IMG/VR virus record: IMGVR_UViG_3300042526_000572
Coordinates: 1-58,135 of that record
Direction: 5' to 3' (one strand)
DNA from: a virus
Lineage: Duplodnaviria; Caudoviricetes
Length of the DNA: 58,135 nucleotides
Part shown: positions 27,494-38,401 of the stretch, piece after piece
How positions within the stretch are numbered: the first letter of the stretch is position 1
How the letters are laid out: each line of letters opens with the position of its first letter
The notes under the pieces: model-generated
What the model was told of the DNA's origin: nothing
The model's database searches: none
The model's input: only the letters and a program-made list of their open reading frames with translations
Translations under genes and position numbers: made by a program

Positions 27494-27965
27494 TTTCTAT
27501 AAGTTCTACTGCAATAAAAACAAGACTCCTGTAGAACCACTTCTCTTTGGAGAGATACTTAGGGATTTCAACTCTCAAATGATGGATTCCATTATAGAGG
27601 GGTATGAGTTTGACTTGGGGCATAAATTAGCAACCATTAGAGTTTCTAGGTGTCAGATGAATCCTGCCAAAGCAAGAGTAGATTGGGGAGCTTCAAATGC
27701 TTGTAAGAAAGAGATACTGGACTCTGGTGGAGAATTGTACAATGCAGAAACCAATACTGGAGAAAAGTGGTTAATCTACTTTACAAAGGAATTATTCCTT
27801 AAATTTCATTGGACAAAGACTAAGGCCCAAGTTGTAGCTAAAAAGATGTATAGATTTGATGCTGCAAGAGGAAATGATGGGAAGAGTCCTAAGGAGAAAC
27901 TTAAGGCTGTTTTATATGAAGATGATTTAGCATACCTAAGATATAAGAAAAATGTCAATCTATAA
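27474..27965 (+). CDS. crAss-type IHF-like protein
   Basis: DFYKFY...EGYEFDLGHKLATIRV...VDW...FHW; located before the tail tubular gene. Start 27474 preferred. Confidence 0.6.
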   Translation: MAKGTSDFYKFYCNKNKTPVEPLLFGEILRDFNSQMMDSIIEGYEFDLGHKLATIRVSRCQMNPAKARVDWGASNACKKEILDSGGELYNAETNTGEKWLIYFTKELFLKFHWTKTKAQVVAKKMYRFDAARGNDGKSPKEKLKAVLYEDDLAYLRYKKNVNL

Positions 27966-28920
27966 ATTCGTTTCTAGCAAACAAGTAATAAGAAAAGTGT
28001 TCAGGGATTTAAGACCCCCGAATGCTGAATTTATACATGACTCAATCGAATGGATGGGAGAGGCTATGGAGCATATTGGAGCCCCAGGACAGCTTTGCTC
28101 TAAGACTGCATTGATTACCATTACAGACCATAAAGGTTCGCTCCCAGGAGACCTATACTACATAGATGCTGTAGCTGTAAATACATGCTCTACTTCTACA
28201 AACTCAAACACCATAAACACAATTGCTCAACAGATAGCTGTTTTAAACTTAAATCTGGCTACATACTATTCTCAAGTAAACAATGCAGTTACCTTGAGTA
28301 CAAATGGGCAATACATTTCATCTTTAACACCAGCAAACTTAGAGGAGTTTGATTCTTATCACAAGACAACTTTAAATCAACTACGAGACCTAAATTCTCA
28401 GATGGCTGTTCTTAAAGACAATCAATTCTCTAACTCCCCACAATGTCTTCAACCATTAAGATATGGTACCTCTACATTTCCTTGGGGAAGTCACTGTGAT
28501 GAGTGCACAAATGCAAGTTCAAAGTACAGGGAATCATATATCATAAATTGCAATAGTATTCAAACTTCTTTCTCTGATGGACATATCTGTTTGTCTTACA
28601 AAGCGTTTATGACGGATGATGAGTGTTACCCTATGATTCCAGATGATATCTCTTACCGTGAAGCTATGTTCTGGTACATAACTAAGATGTTACTTCTTAG
28701 GGGTGATCAACTTAGAAATACAAGATTAAGTTACGAGTTTGCTGACTCCAAATGGAAACAGTATTGTACTCAAGCAAGAAATGCTGCAAATTATCCAGAT
28801 ATGGATAGGTATCAGAATTTCATGGACCAGTGGGTACGATTGGTTCCAAATATGAATAGAGACTTAAACTTCTTTGAAGGTTTAGGGGTGAGAGAAGAAC
28901 TTCAAAATGAACAATACTAA
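27952..28920 (+). CDS. tail tubular/ring protein
   Basis: IEWMGEA...LPGDLYYI...IQTSF..G.ICLSY...YPMIPD...W..YC.QA pattern. Confidence 0.75.
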   Translation: MSIYKFVSSKQVIRKVFRDLRPPNAEFIHDSIEWMGEAMEHIGAPGQLCSKTALITITDHKGSLPGDLYYIDAVAVNTCSTSTNSNTINTIAQQIAVLNLNLATYYSQVNNAVTLSTNGQYISSLTPANLEEFDSYHKTTLNQLRDLNSQMAVLKDNQFSNSPQCLQPLRYGTSTFPWGSHCDECTNASSKYRESYIINCNSIQTSFSDGHICLSYKAFMTDDECYPMIPDDISYREAMFWYITKMLLLRGDQLRNTRLSYEFADSKWKQYCTQARNAANYPDMDRYQNFMDQWVRLVPNMNRDLNFFEGLGVREELQNEQY

Positions 28921-31900
28921 TGGCAAGTGAACAAGAACAAGAAACTTCAAAGTCTGTTAGACTTATTGGAGGACTATTTAAAGATACTTCTCATGTAGAC
29001 CAGCCTTCAGGTTCTTATAGACATGCTAAGAACATGACTATAAACACAGTCTATGGAGCTAACTCTGTAGAATTTGGGATAAAGAAGATTGCAGAGGTTT
29101 CTCCTTTAGGTATTGTAATTGGGTCTATCCCTTTAGATGATGACCGAGTAGTTTATTTTGTTCTTAATGGTTCTATCTCTGAAATAGGACTTTTAGTGGG
29201 AGAAACTTACAGTACTATCTTTTCCCCTACGTTTGCACAATTATCAAATGCCAACCTAAACTTCTCCCCAAGTAATCCTATAAAGGGAACTTATAAACTT
29301 CAAGCTGACGGAGATGTATTTGTGTACTGGACGGATGATTTAAATCCTCCAAGGACTTTAAATGTAAATCGACAGTTAAATTCTTTACCAAATTTACTTT
29401 ACGGAAGAGATTCCTTAACTTCTCCAGATACAGCTTTTATAAATCAATTAAATCTGTTTCCTCATGCAGGTCCTGTGCCACATATAGATTTAGATGGAGT
29501 GTATAGTGGAGGTGGTTGTAAGACAGGAGTTTATTATCTTGCTCTAGCGTATGCAGATGACGACTTAACACCTACAAACTATGTAAGTGTAAGTAATCCA
29601 GTTTCTATTGTAGATGCTCCTGAAGGAGTGTATCCAATTGAAACATACGATGGTTCTCCCGCAAATGTTCTTACAGGAAAATCTATTATATGGGATGTAT
29701 CTAATCTAAATACAGATAAACGATACATAAAGATTAGTATTATTAAAAAGATTCTAGGCTCTTTAAGTGCAATTGATCTTCCTCTACGTGAAATAGGTAC
29801 TACAGCAAATATGCTTATAACCTATTCTGGAGAAGAAACTGAATCAGCTAGTTCCTTGAATGCTGTTCTGGTTGACAAGGTAGAGTATAAAACTGCTAAA
29901 ACTATAGAGCAGTTAGATAGTAGTTTGTACTTAGGAAATCTTACTTCTAAAACAGATTTAGGTTACCAGAAGTATGCAAACTTTATTAAGGCAGATCCCG
30001 TAACTAAATGCTTTAACAATTTTGATCCTTTTGTGATTACTGGAAATTTTCTTATGAGAAGAGATTCAGATAATTCAGTCATAGATAAAGGTTACCGTTC
30101 ACCTAAAAATATTTATGATTATAGAGGGTATCAAAGAGATGAGGTTTATGCTTTTTACATAGCATTTATCCTTAAATCTGGAAAGATGTCTTATGCGTAT
30201 CACATTCCAGGAAGAACAGATCTTGGTCCAGTTTCTAGAACTCTCTTAAAGGAAATGGATTCAGATGCTTTAGACTTAGACCCACTCAGTCCCAATTATG
30301 GTACAGTTTTGGGACCAGCCACTAATATTAAAGAGGGAGTAAGTTTATATGAGAATTGGGTTGGAGCATGGGATATTATTGGTTTAACAGGAGGAGCATC
30401 TAACCCACAAGGTTATCCTTATCAATGGTATGACTTTTCTCATTTAACTATTCCTTACGGAAGTAGGAATATGAATTACTGGAAAAACTTAAATGAATTT
30501 TACCCAGATACTGAGCATTTTGATGTTGTGGATGCAGAGTTTCCGTCAAACACTCAAACTTCTTTAAGACCTACAAATGGAGTTAAGACAAATGTTAGGC
30601 ATCATCGTTTTCCTGGGAATAAACATCGTCCATATTCAACTTTTCAAGGCAGTAATTCCGATACAGTAGCTAGTCAATTGACCAATAGCAGTTCTGCAAC
30701 TTATACTATTTATTGGTATTGGGTTGTTGCATTTAATAATTATAGTGGAGGAGGCTTTTTTGCAGAAGGCACAGTTCCTGTGTATGATTGGAGTAGAGCT
30801 AGAGAGCTACAAGAAGCAAATGGACAACCTGGTGATGATGGTCCAATACAACAAATTGAAGATGTAGGCGACCCTTGGTACTGTGACCCATCTCAAAGAG
30901 AATGGTCTGACCAAGAAATTGAAAATATTTTTATAAATTCTGGGTGTGTTATACCTCCAGGAGGAACTGCAAATGGAACTTTAGGTAATATACAATTTCA
31001 ATATTCTCCTACAGGATTGCAAACAGGAACCGATGTAGTTTTTGGTTGGAATGTACCTAATTTAGGTATGCCTACTGGAAGTTGTTATCTTGCTAGCACA
31101 CCTGGATGTTCAGCAATTGGAAATAGTGTTGTAACTAATGTAACTTCATCTGAAGTTAGTCTTGCAGACCCAAATGGTATTTGTGAATATCCCGATGTAT
31201 TTTGGGATGCACATGGTCGCGGAGGATGGATTGCTTGGGGAGTTTGTGATTATGCATTAAAAGACTTACCTGGAGAGGAAGATGATAAATTTGAACAAAA
31301 AGTTTGTGCTCTAGGGATTCAGTTTTCAGATATAAAAATACCTAAAAGTATTGCAGACCAAATACAAGGATTTAGAATTTACCATGCAAAGAGAACCCAT
31401 GAAAATAGAACCATAATTGGTCAAGCTCCTATTCACGGAATGGGAGATAGGAAAAATATGGATATTTCTGGATGTGATGGAGGTGGAACTACTCAAGGTC
31501 TTTTAGACTATTATCTTCCTGGAGGACAACCTAATGGGACATTTGCTCCTCCAGGATGGACTACAGCAGATATTGCAGCACCAAATCTTAAATCTGCAGA
31601 ATATCCAAGAGAATTGTATTCTTTTCACGATTTTTATCTTTTAAATAGAAGACCATCTCTTGCTCAAGCAACTCACCTAAGGTTGCAATATAAACTGGAA
31701 ATGTTCAATTTCAAAGGTTCTTCCTCTTACAACATTGATGGAGAACTAAGTGATAGTGAAAATGAAACATTTTCTTGTCTTAAACCTGAAGTAATAACCT
31801 CTTTTCATTTAGCTGGAGAACAAGAAAGAGTTATCAATGGAATATTTCCTGTTAAGCTTAATTGGCTTTTAAAAGATAATGCAAAAGATTATATAACAGG

Positions 31901-34286
31901 AGGTATTATACACAAAGGAGATTCAAAAGGATTTGGAGGAACTATTTATGCAATTGGTGGACAAAGTCATATTGCTCTAAGACCACTTAGATATTTGATA
32001 GAACTTCCATGTTCTTATGAAGCTTCTTGGAGAAATGTACGAGGAGATAGGTCTAAAGTAGCTTATGCAAGTTACACCACAAACAGTGCAAATTTTAATT
32101 ATGCAGCCACTCCTGGATATGATTCCGCAAAAGAAGCTTTTATGGTTTATCTTGCTAATCTTCATGCATTTAAGACTGATGTATACAATTCTGTAGAAAC
32201 TCAAAATTTAGTCTGGACAGGTTATGAAGTACTTGGAACTGACATAAATAGATTTGTTGTAGATGAAAATGGAGTTCCTATATCAAGTATTCCTACTCCA
32301 ATACAAGTTACAGATGGAACTACGTATGGAAATAATCCAGTGACTCAAGGTGGAGTTTCTGTCCCAAGCCAATGGGGTGGACCCGTGACTTATAGTAATT
32401 TTCAAACCAGTTCTATATTTGGTGGAGACACATTTATTTGCAGATATGGGTATAGAATGACTCATAGGGAAGAAGTAAATTCTATTCTTAATAGTTCTAC
32501 AGGATTAAATATGGGGTCAGTAGACCACAAATCTGTAATTATGTCTATCGTAGAATCTTCTGAAAACATTAACTTTAGACATATAGAAAATTTATCAGAA
32601 CCTTATTTTCCTGGAGACTCTCTTGCAAATGTGCTTAAGGTAAAAGCAGATACAGACTTAACTTATAATCCAGACCAAGAAACTGGAAAGATAAAATACA
32701 ATGAAGATTACTCTTCAGAGAATGATCTCAAAGTAGTTCTTCCTTTCCCTTTCTATTTAACTCAACCTGAGACGCATACTGCACGAGTAATACGTTCAGC
32801 ACGAACTACTTCAGGTTCAATTGTAGACAACTACAGGATATGGCAAGTAGACCAATCTAAAGAGTTAAACAATAAGTATGGTCGGTTGCAGAAAATTTCT
32901 GCTATGTCTAATCTTCTCTTGTTTCACATGGAGAATGGGTTGTACATCACAAAAGGCAAACAGACTATGAAAACGTCTGAAGGTGAAGCTATTGTAGGTT
33001 CTGGAGATATATTCACTCAAGAGCCAGACTTAATAGTTCATAATGATTCTGGGTACTTAGGGACACAATCTAGATTTGCAGATATTGTTACTCCTAAAGG
33101 GTATTTCTTTGTGGATATGCGTAAGCTTAAGATTTTCTTGGTAAGTAGAGGCGCTCCTACAGAACTTACAGCAAATGAATATGGCTTATCTAATTGGTTC
33201 CAAGCCAATCTTCCTTTTACTTTAAATCAATATGGGTATACAGGAGGAGAAACAAGTCATATAAATGGAATAGGTTACCATTCTGTATGGGATGAAAGGT
33301 ATCAAAGAGTCATTCTTACAAAGAGAGACCTTATTCCTACTATAGCCTTTACAAGTAATCTCCAAAAAGGTTTAAGCACACTATCAAGTCCAGGAGTAGG
33401 TATAATAATTGTAAAAGGAAGTTTCTACTCAAGAACAAATGCTTTGGATGCGTGGGAACCATTAAACCCAACTATTTATACTACTTACAACGGAGAACCA
33501 CTTTTCACTCGTTCTGGATGGACAATATCTTTCTTACCTTCTGATGAAGAAAAAGGAACTGTAGGAGTTTGGGAGAGTTTCCATGACTACATCCCTTACA
33601 TGTATTCTTATACAGGAGTAGATGTGCTTTCACATAATGACATTGGTCCATCAAACATACTCATCTTAGACCGAGGTATATACAGACATAATGATGAAGT
33701 AAATCCAGGACGATTCTATGATGTGCTTTACCCATCTGAAATAGAGGTAATTCTTAATATGGCACCAACCATTGATAAGCTTTACTCTTCACTCTCTTTC
33801 TTTACAGAAGTCTTTTCGCCCAGTACAGTAAGAAACAGGAAAGAGTTAGATGCAGGATTCACATCTTTCATCCTTTATACGGATTCTGGAATGTCTGAAG
33901 TGACTCCAATTGAGTACCTTATAAATACTCGTAGAATAGGTTCTGAGTGGAAGATAAATGAGTTTAGAGATATGTCTGCTCAAAGTGTTGACTCTTCAGC
34001 ATACTTTGTAGGTCCATATTCAGGTTCTAACTACAATGTTCCTAGTGCAAACATAATGGGAAATCAGAATACTGGGGCCCTAACTCACTTGTCTATTCCT
34101 AACTTAATTGTAGATGGAATGAGTGAAACAGCAAACCCTGCTTATATTGATTTGAACAAACCTTGGTACGAACAACGCAAGTTTACAGGTAGGTATATGT
34201 CTGTTAAATTGATATGCGATAATACTGCTAGAAATTGGGTAAATTTGCTCGCAGTTAACTCCGAAGTAAAAGCTTATATAAGATGA
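28920..34286 (+). CDS. tail stabilisation/muzzle protein
   Basis: 1788 aa; beta-propeller-like N-terminus (VYWTDDLNPPR), YQRDEVYAF, FGGDTFICRY and WESFHDYIP. Confidence 0.8.
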   Translation: MASEQEQETSKSVRLIGGLFKDTSHVDQPSGSYRHAKNMTINTVYGANSVEFGIKKIAEVSPLGIVIGSIPLDDDRVVYFVLNGSISEIGLLVGETYSTIFSPTFAQLSNANLNFSPSNPIKGTYKLQADGDVFVYWTDDLNPPRTLNVNRQLNSLPNLLYGRDSLTSPDTAFINQLNLFPHAGPVPHIDLDGVYSGGGCKTGVYYLALAYADDDLTPTNYVSVSNPVSIVDAPEGVYPIETYDGSPANVLTGKSIIWDVSNLNTDKRYIKISIIKKILGSLSAIDLPLREIGTTANMLITYSGEETESASSLNAVLVDKVEYKTAKTIEQLDSSLYLGNLTSKTDLGYQKYANFIKADPVTKCFNNFDPFVITGNFLMRRDSDNSVIDKGYRSPKNIYDYRGYQRDEVYAFYIAFILKSGKMSYAYHIPGRTDLGPVSRTLLKEMDSDALDLDPLSPNYGTVLGPATNIKEGVSLYENWVGAWDIIGLTGGASNPQGYPYQWYDFSHLTIPYGSRNMNYWKNLNEFYPDTEHFDVVDAEFPSNTQTSLRPTNGVKTNVRHHRFPGNKHRPYSTFQGSNSDTVASQLTNSSSATYTIYWYWVVAFNNYSGGGFFAEGTVPVYDWSRARELQEANGQPGDDGPIQQIEDVGDPWYCDPSQREWSDQEIENIFINSGCVIPPGGTANGTLGNIQFQYSPTGLQTGTDVVFGWNVPNLGMPTGSCYLASTPGCSAIGNSVVTNVTSSEVSLADPNGICEYPDVFWDAHGRGGWIAWGVCDYALKDLPGEEDDKFEQKVCALGIQFSDIKIPKSIADQIQGFRIYHAKRTHENRTIIGQAPIHGMGDRKNMDISGCDGGGTTQGLLDYYLPGGQPNGTFAPPGWTTADIAAPNLKSAEYPRELYSFHDFYLLNRRPSLAQATHLRLQYKLEMFNFKGSSSYNIDGELSDSENETFSCLKPEVITSFHLAGEQERVINGIFPVKLNWLLKDNAKDYITGGIIHKGDSKGFGGTIYAIGGQSHIALRPLRYLIELPCSYEASWRNVRGDRSKVAYASYTTNSANFNYAATPGYDSAKEAFMVYLANLHAFKTDVYNSVETQNLVWTGYEVLGTDINRFVVDENGVPISSIPTPIQVTDGTTYGNNPVTQGGVSVPSQWGGPVTYSNFQTSSIFGGDTFICRYGYRMTHREEVNSILNSSTGLNMGSVDHKSVIMSIVESSENINFRHIENLSEPYFPGDSLANVLKVKADTDLTYNPDQETGKIKYNEDYSSENDLKVVLPFPFYLTQPETHTARVIRSARTTSGSIVDNYRIWQVDQSKELNNKYGRLQKISAMSNLLLFHMENGLYITKGKQTMKTSEGEAIVGSGDIFTQEPDLIVHNDSGYLGTQSRFADIVTPKGYFFVDMRKLKIFLVSRGAPTELTANEYGLSNWFQANLPFTLNQYGYTGGETSHINGIGYHSVWDERYQRVILTKRDLIPTIAFTSNLQKGLSTLSSPGVGIIIVKGSFYSRTNALDAWEPLNPTIYTTYNGEPLFTRSGWTISFLPSDEEKGTVGVWESFHDYIPYMYSYTGVDVLSHNDIGPSNILILDRGIYRHNDEVNPGRFYDVLYPSEIEVILNMAPTIDKLYSSLSFFTEVFSPSTVRNRKELDAGFTSFILYTDSGMSEVTPIEYLINTRRIGSEWKINEFRDMSAQSVDSSAYFVGPYSGSNYNVPSANIMGNQNTGALTHLSIPNLIVDGMSETANPAYIDLNKPWYEQRKFTGRYMSVKLICDNTARNWVNLLAVNSEVKAYIR

Positions 34287-36334
34287 AAAAAGTTTTAAGA
34301 AAATATCAAATCGGCTCTCAAGGGTTAAATTCAACTCCTACTATTAATCCTTACACAGGATTTTCTCCATCTACGGGACTTCAAGAACCTAGTGGTGTAT
34401 TAGGAATGAGTAAACCACTTGATTATGAAAATAATAAACCTAAAACTCAACTTGCTCCAAGTTCTCCCCTTCTTAATAAACCATCTTTAAGTCCTACTCC
34501 TACTTCAGCTCCTTACACTGGACTTAATTCTAAGCCAACTGTAAGTCCTGCTTTTACTCCTACCCCATACATAGCTTCTCCACAAAGATATGCTTCTGCC
34601 TCAGTTAAACCTGAAGCAGGTCCACCTAAAACTGCGTTTGGTGCTACTAAAACTGGACTTAAAGAAACTAAACTTCAATCTTCTACTTTAACTACACTTC
34701 CTAAAACTAATACTGGGGCAAATGTTGTAGGTGGGGTGACAGCAGGATTAAATATGATAGGAGAAGGAGTTGAAACTTATAGGAAATTTAATCCTGTAAC
34801 ACCTGGACCTACTTCTATTTATAATAAAAAGGAAGAGGGTATGTTAAAAAAAATTAATAAAGAGCGCGATGCTGTAACTGCACTTTCAACTACAGCCGGT
34901 GCCCTAGGAACTGCAGCAGGAATTACAGCAGCTATTCCAATAATAGGATGGGGAGTAGGCGCAGGATTGGGAGCTGCAGCAGCTGGGACAGGAATTGCAG
35001 CAGCAGCAACAGCAGCATCTCTTGATACGCAAGAATCAAATCTTGGTAAAAGAGTTAATGCTAGAGTAGAAAGAGAAAAAAAAGAAGCAGAAGGGTTAAG
35101 AAAAACTCAAGAAATTGAGACTATGATGAATTCTTCAAACCCTTTAGATATTCAAAATGAAATAAGTGGTGAAACAGACCTTATGAGAGGAAAGTACGGA
35201 GGTAGAATGCCTGTTTATAAAATGGGAGGTTCTCGTAGTTACCAAGAACCTAACGCAGAGTTAGAGCGTGGAGAAGTAATCATGCGTAATGGAGGAGGAG
35301 TTAAAGTGATTAAAGGAGATAGGCATGAAGAAGGTGGAGAGGATGAATACCTTGCTCCTGGCGACTTCGTATGGTCTGACCACCTAAAGTATAAAGGTAA
35401 AAGTATGGCTGAACTGTACTTAATGGTAAAAAATAGCCCAGAAAAAGTAAATCAACTAAAAGATTTACAAGAAGATCTTGCAAGTAAGGAGGAACCTTCT
35501 GAATATAATGATTTACCTCAAGCGAAATATGGAGGATTGCCACAATATAAAAAAGGAACTCCAGCTGCTCCTGCACCTACAGGAGTAAATTCTAAGGCTA
35601 AAACTTGGTTCAATGAGTATGGAGAGTACATACTCCCAACTTTATCTGCTGCAGGGCAAATTGTAAATTTAGCTCTTGCAAAAGATCCTTATGAAAATTT
35701 AAGTGTTCCTAGAGCTAAAAAAGTTAGCTCGAATCAACAAATTTCTCTTGCATACACAAATGCTCAAGCGGAGTTAGATGCCAATGAGGCAGGTGCTGTT
35801 GATGCCAGAGAATCTGCTTTATATACAGGAGCTGGTCCAGGAAGTACAGCCATCTACCAAACAATTGCAAATCAACAAGCAGGTTTAAATTCTAAAGCTC
35901 AAAATGAAGCCAATAGAATAAACATGAGTATTGCTGCAGAAGAAGCTCGTCTAAATTCTGACGACAAATACAGGAGAGAAAGTTTCAATGCAGAAGCTGA
36001 AAATGAAAATGCAAAGTTGAGGTACGATAAAAATGTAAATCAAGCTGCATACAAAGCTGCGACAACTGCATCTTATGGGAATATTTTTGCAGGTATTGCA
36101 AATGATGCCCAATCTTTTATGAGGGACAAAGCTGTTGCAAGATCTATAACTAGAGGTACAAACATTGATAGGAATAGATATGCAATGAATCTCGAAGCTG
36201 TTGAAAAAGCTGCAAGAGATGAAGAAACAGCAAATGCTGCTAAAGCTAACCGAGATTTTTCTGAAGACGAGTACCAAAAGCTCAGAACAAAGAAAATTGA
36301 TGAAATAAACACCTACTTATCTAAGAGAGAATAA
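34283..36334 (+). CDS. virion cargo/ejection protein 1
   Basis: Gly/Ala hydrophobic segment (AAIPIIGWGVGAGLGAAAAG); AELERGE...HEEGG...WSDHL domain; KYQIG, KYGG and YKMGG motifs. Confidence 0.7.
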   Translation: MKKVLRKYQIGSQGLNSTPTINPYTGFSPSTGLQEPSGVLGMSKPLDYENNKPKTQLAPSSPLLNKPSLSPTPTSAPYTGLNSKPTVSPAFTPTPYIASPQRYASASVKPEAGPPKTAFGATKTGLKETKLQSSTLTTLPKTNTGANVVGGVTAGLNMIGEGVETYRKFNPVTPGPTSIYNKKEEGMLKKINKERDAVTALSTTAGALGTAAGITAAIPIIGWGVGAGLGAAAAGTGIAAAATAASLDTQESNLGKRVNARVEREKKEAEGLRKTQEIETMMNSSNPLDIQNEISGETDLMRGKYGGRMPVYKMGGSRSYQEPNAELERGEVIMRNGGGVKVIKGDRHEEGGEDEYLAPGDFVWSDHLKYKGKSMAELYLMVKNSPEKVNQLKDLQEDLASKEEPSEYNDLPQAKYGGLPQYKKGTPAAPAPTGVNSKAKTWFNEYGEYILPTLSAAGQIVNLALAKDPYENLSVPRAKKVSSNQQISLAYTNAQAELDANEAGAVDARESALYTGAGPGSTAIYQTIANQQAGLNSKAQNEANRINMSIAAEEARLNSDDKYRRESFNAEAENENAKLRYDKNVNQAAYKAATTASYGNIFAGIANDAQSFMRDKAVARSITRGTNIDRNRYAMNLEAVEKAARDEETANAAKANRDFSEDEYQKLRTKKIDEINTYLSKRE

Positions 36335-38358
36335 TGTACAATCCTATAGCTCCACCAGAATACAAGTCTGTCTATGTTGACCATAAGCTTGATGTCATCG
36401 CTCAGAATGCACGAGACCGTTATGACACAAACTTAGAGGCTAAGAATCAGTTAGACCGCGCTATAGGTGCCATGAGAGTTAATCCTGGCGACCAATATAT
36501 TGTGGATGAAGCAAAACAGAATGTAAAAGATTTCATAGGTTCTGCAAACTCTTTCGAATTGATGGGCCCTGCAGTTGATGCTGCTTTGACCAGTACAGTT
36601 TCTAATAAAGTTCTTACAGACTCTTTGGAGAGTTATAAAAACGGCCAAGAAGAGGATTTATTGAAAAGGACTTTGGCTGCAAAAAATATGTTGTACGACT
36701 TTGAAACTGTCCCTAAAGTAGATCCTACTACAGGTCTTATAGAAAAGAATCCTATAACAGGACAAAACATAATGGTGTCCAAAAGAAATAACCATAACAC
36801 AGGAAAGGAAGGAGTCTACAGTCCTTATGCGCAAGAAAAGTTGCCTTTGGAAGAAAAGATGACTTCTTTAGCTGCTCAAATAAATGCAGAGTCTTTGGTT
36901 GATGGGGATGGAATTATCTCTAAAGCAATCCTTGATGCTGATGTCTCAAAAGATCAATGGAATCATTGGTTGAAAACTCAACAAGGAGTCAGTAGTGAAA
37001 AAATTAATGCTGTTGTAGATTCTCTTATTTCTACTTTAGAAGGCACTCCTGAGGGGGATCAAATGCTAAAAGCATATCAAGAGATTATACCTACAGATGA
37101 TGGGTTGCGTTTACATACAGAAGCAGAAGCTAAGAAAAAGCTTAAAGATGCTTTTACGGCCATAGCTATGAAACATAAAGGAATAACTGCACAAATTTTC
37201 CAAAGTTGGGAACCTAGACCAGAGCCAAGAGCTGCTAAGGCAGATAAAGTGGAGACACCCTTCGTTGAAGATTTCATAGATTTACCACTGGAGTTGTCTC
37301 CAGAACCCCTGGAAACCATTAAAAGTATTAATGAAGAAGTTGCAGTAAACTTTGGCCAAGCTGGAGAGTATGTGGGAACAGGGGTTAAGGTAGACAATGA
37401 CAGAGCTTTAGCAGCATTTACAGCTGAATTGAGTAAAGCAAAGGGATTTGGTAGAATAAGTAAAGACTTTTTAGAAAGCGAAGAGGGAGCAAATGGATTT
37501 GCAGGATATATTCTAGCTGGTAACTTCGGGGACGTAGCCACTCTTAAAAGAAAAGATGAAACAGATGCATCTTTTGTAAATAGAATGAGCAATGCTTTAC
37601 AAGCTCCTACCCCAGAAACTAATCAAATAGTAGATACACCTTCTGCACGAACATTTCTACAACAGAATTTTGACAAGCATTTAATTATGCTAAATGGAAG
37701 TTTAGTTGGCATGGATGTGTTTGCAGATGAGTATGGTTCTCTATTTACTTCAGATGCTGGAGTAATATCAGGCATGAGAGAAAATTTAGCAAATGCGGAC
37801 ATTACTTTTACAAAAAGTGGTCCTAATGCAGGTCTATTTAGAGTTATTATGGAAACTGGATCAAATACTGGACTCGACAAAAAAGAAGTTTTTTACATTC
37901 AGCCTGTATCGGATGAAAGCTTTACAAAATACTTTGAGAGTGTTAGGGCTATATACAATTACAATAACACGGGCACAGTAGGTAAAGGGCAGATTGTATC
38001 AACAAATCCTGCCACCATGCAACAATATATGCCAAAGGATGAAAAGGGAAACTATCTGCCAGTACCCCCAGGGGCAGTTCTAAAGGATTTTAATGTGATA
38101 GAGAAAGATAGCAGCGGAAATCTTAGAAGAGTAACTTACAGAGATGTTGCAGTCGGCAGCAAGTCCGTAACTGGCACCACAGATGCTAGTGGAAAGTTTG
38201 TTTCTGGTAAAAAAAGATCTTTTAATTTAGCTGAAAAAACTGCTGATAGAGTAATACAGGCGGCTATAAACGGAGGTACTTCGCTAGGCAATGTACTTTC
38301 TAATTTTAATAAAACTAATCAGAAAAGACTTGGGAAATCTGAAGAAGAAGAACCTTAA
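36334..38358 (+). CDS. virion cargo/ejection protein 2
   Basis: TAATG-coupled; lies between cargo 1 and the RNAP as in crAss-like phages. Confidence 0.6.
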   Translation: MYNPIAPPEYKSVYVDHKLDVIAQNARDRYDTNLEAKNQLDRAIGAMRVNPGDQYIVDEAKQNVKDFIGSANSFELMGPAVDAALTSTVSNKVLTDSLESYKNGQEEDLLKRTLAAKNMLYDFETVPKVDPTTGLIEKNPITGQNIMVSKRNNHNTGKEGVYSPYAQEKLPLEEKMTSLAAQINAESLVDGDGIISKAILDADVSKDQWNHWLKTQQGVSSEKINAVVDSLISTLEGTPEGDQMLKAYQEIIPTDDGLRLHTEAEAKKKLKDAFTAIAMKHKGITAQIFQSWEPRPEPRAAKADKVETPFVEDFIDLPLELSPEPLETIKSINEEVAVNFGQAGEYVGTGVKVDNDRALAAFTAELSKAKGFGRISKDFLESEEGANGFAGYILAGNFGDVATLKRKDETDASFVNRMSNALQAPTPETNQIVDTPSARTFLQQNFDKHLIMLNGSLVGMDVFADEYGSLFTSDAGVISGMRENLANADITFTKSGPNAGLFRVIMETGSNTGLDKKEVFYIQPVSDESFTKYFESVRAIYNYNNTGTVGKGQIVSTNPATMQQYMPKDEKGNYLPVPPGAVLKDFNVIEKDSSGNLRRVTYRDVAVGSKSVTGTTDASGKFVSGKKRSFNLAEKTADRVIQAAINGGTSLGNVLSNFNKTNQKRLGKSEEEEP

Positions 38359-38401
38359 CCTCCTACATAGAGGTGCAAAGTTTTAACAGTACTTTTATGA
38401 C

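Noticed and set aside
38359-38390. Small ACCTC/GAGGT hairpin and near-promoter (AAACTTTGCA on the - strand) before the RNAP gene
   Set aside because: The stem is only 5 bp and the box does not match TAnnTTTG; too weak to call.
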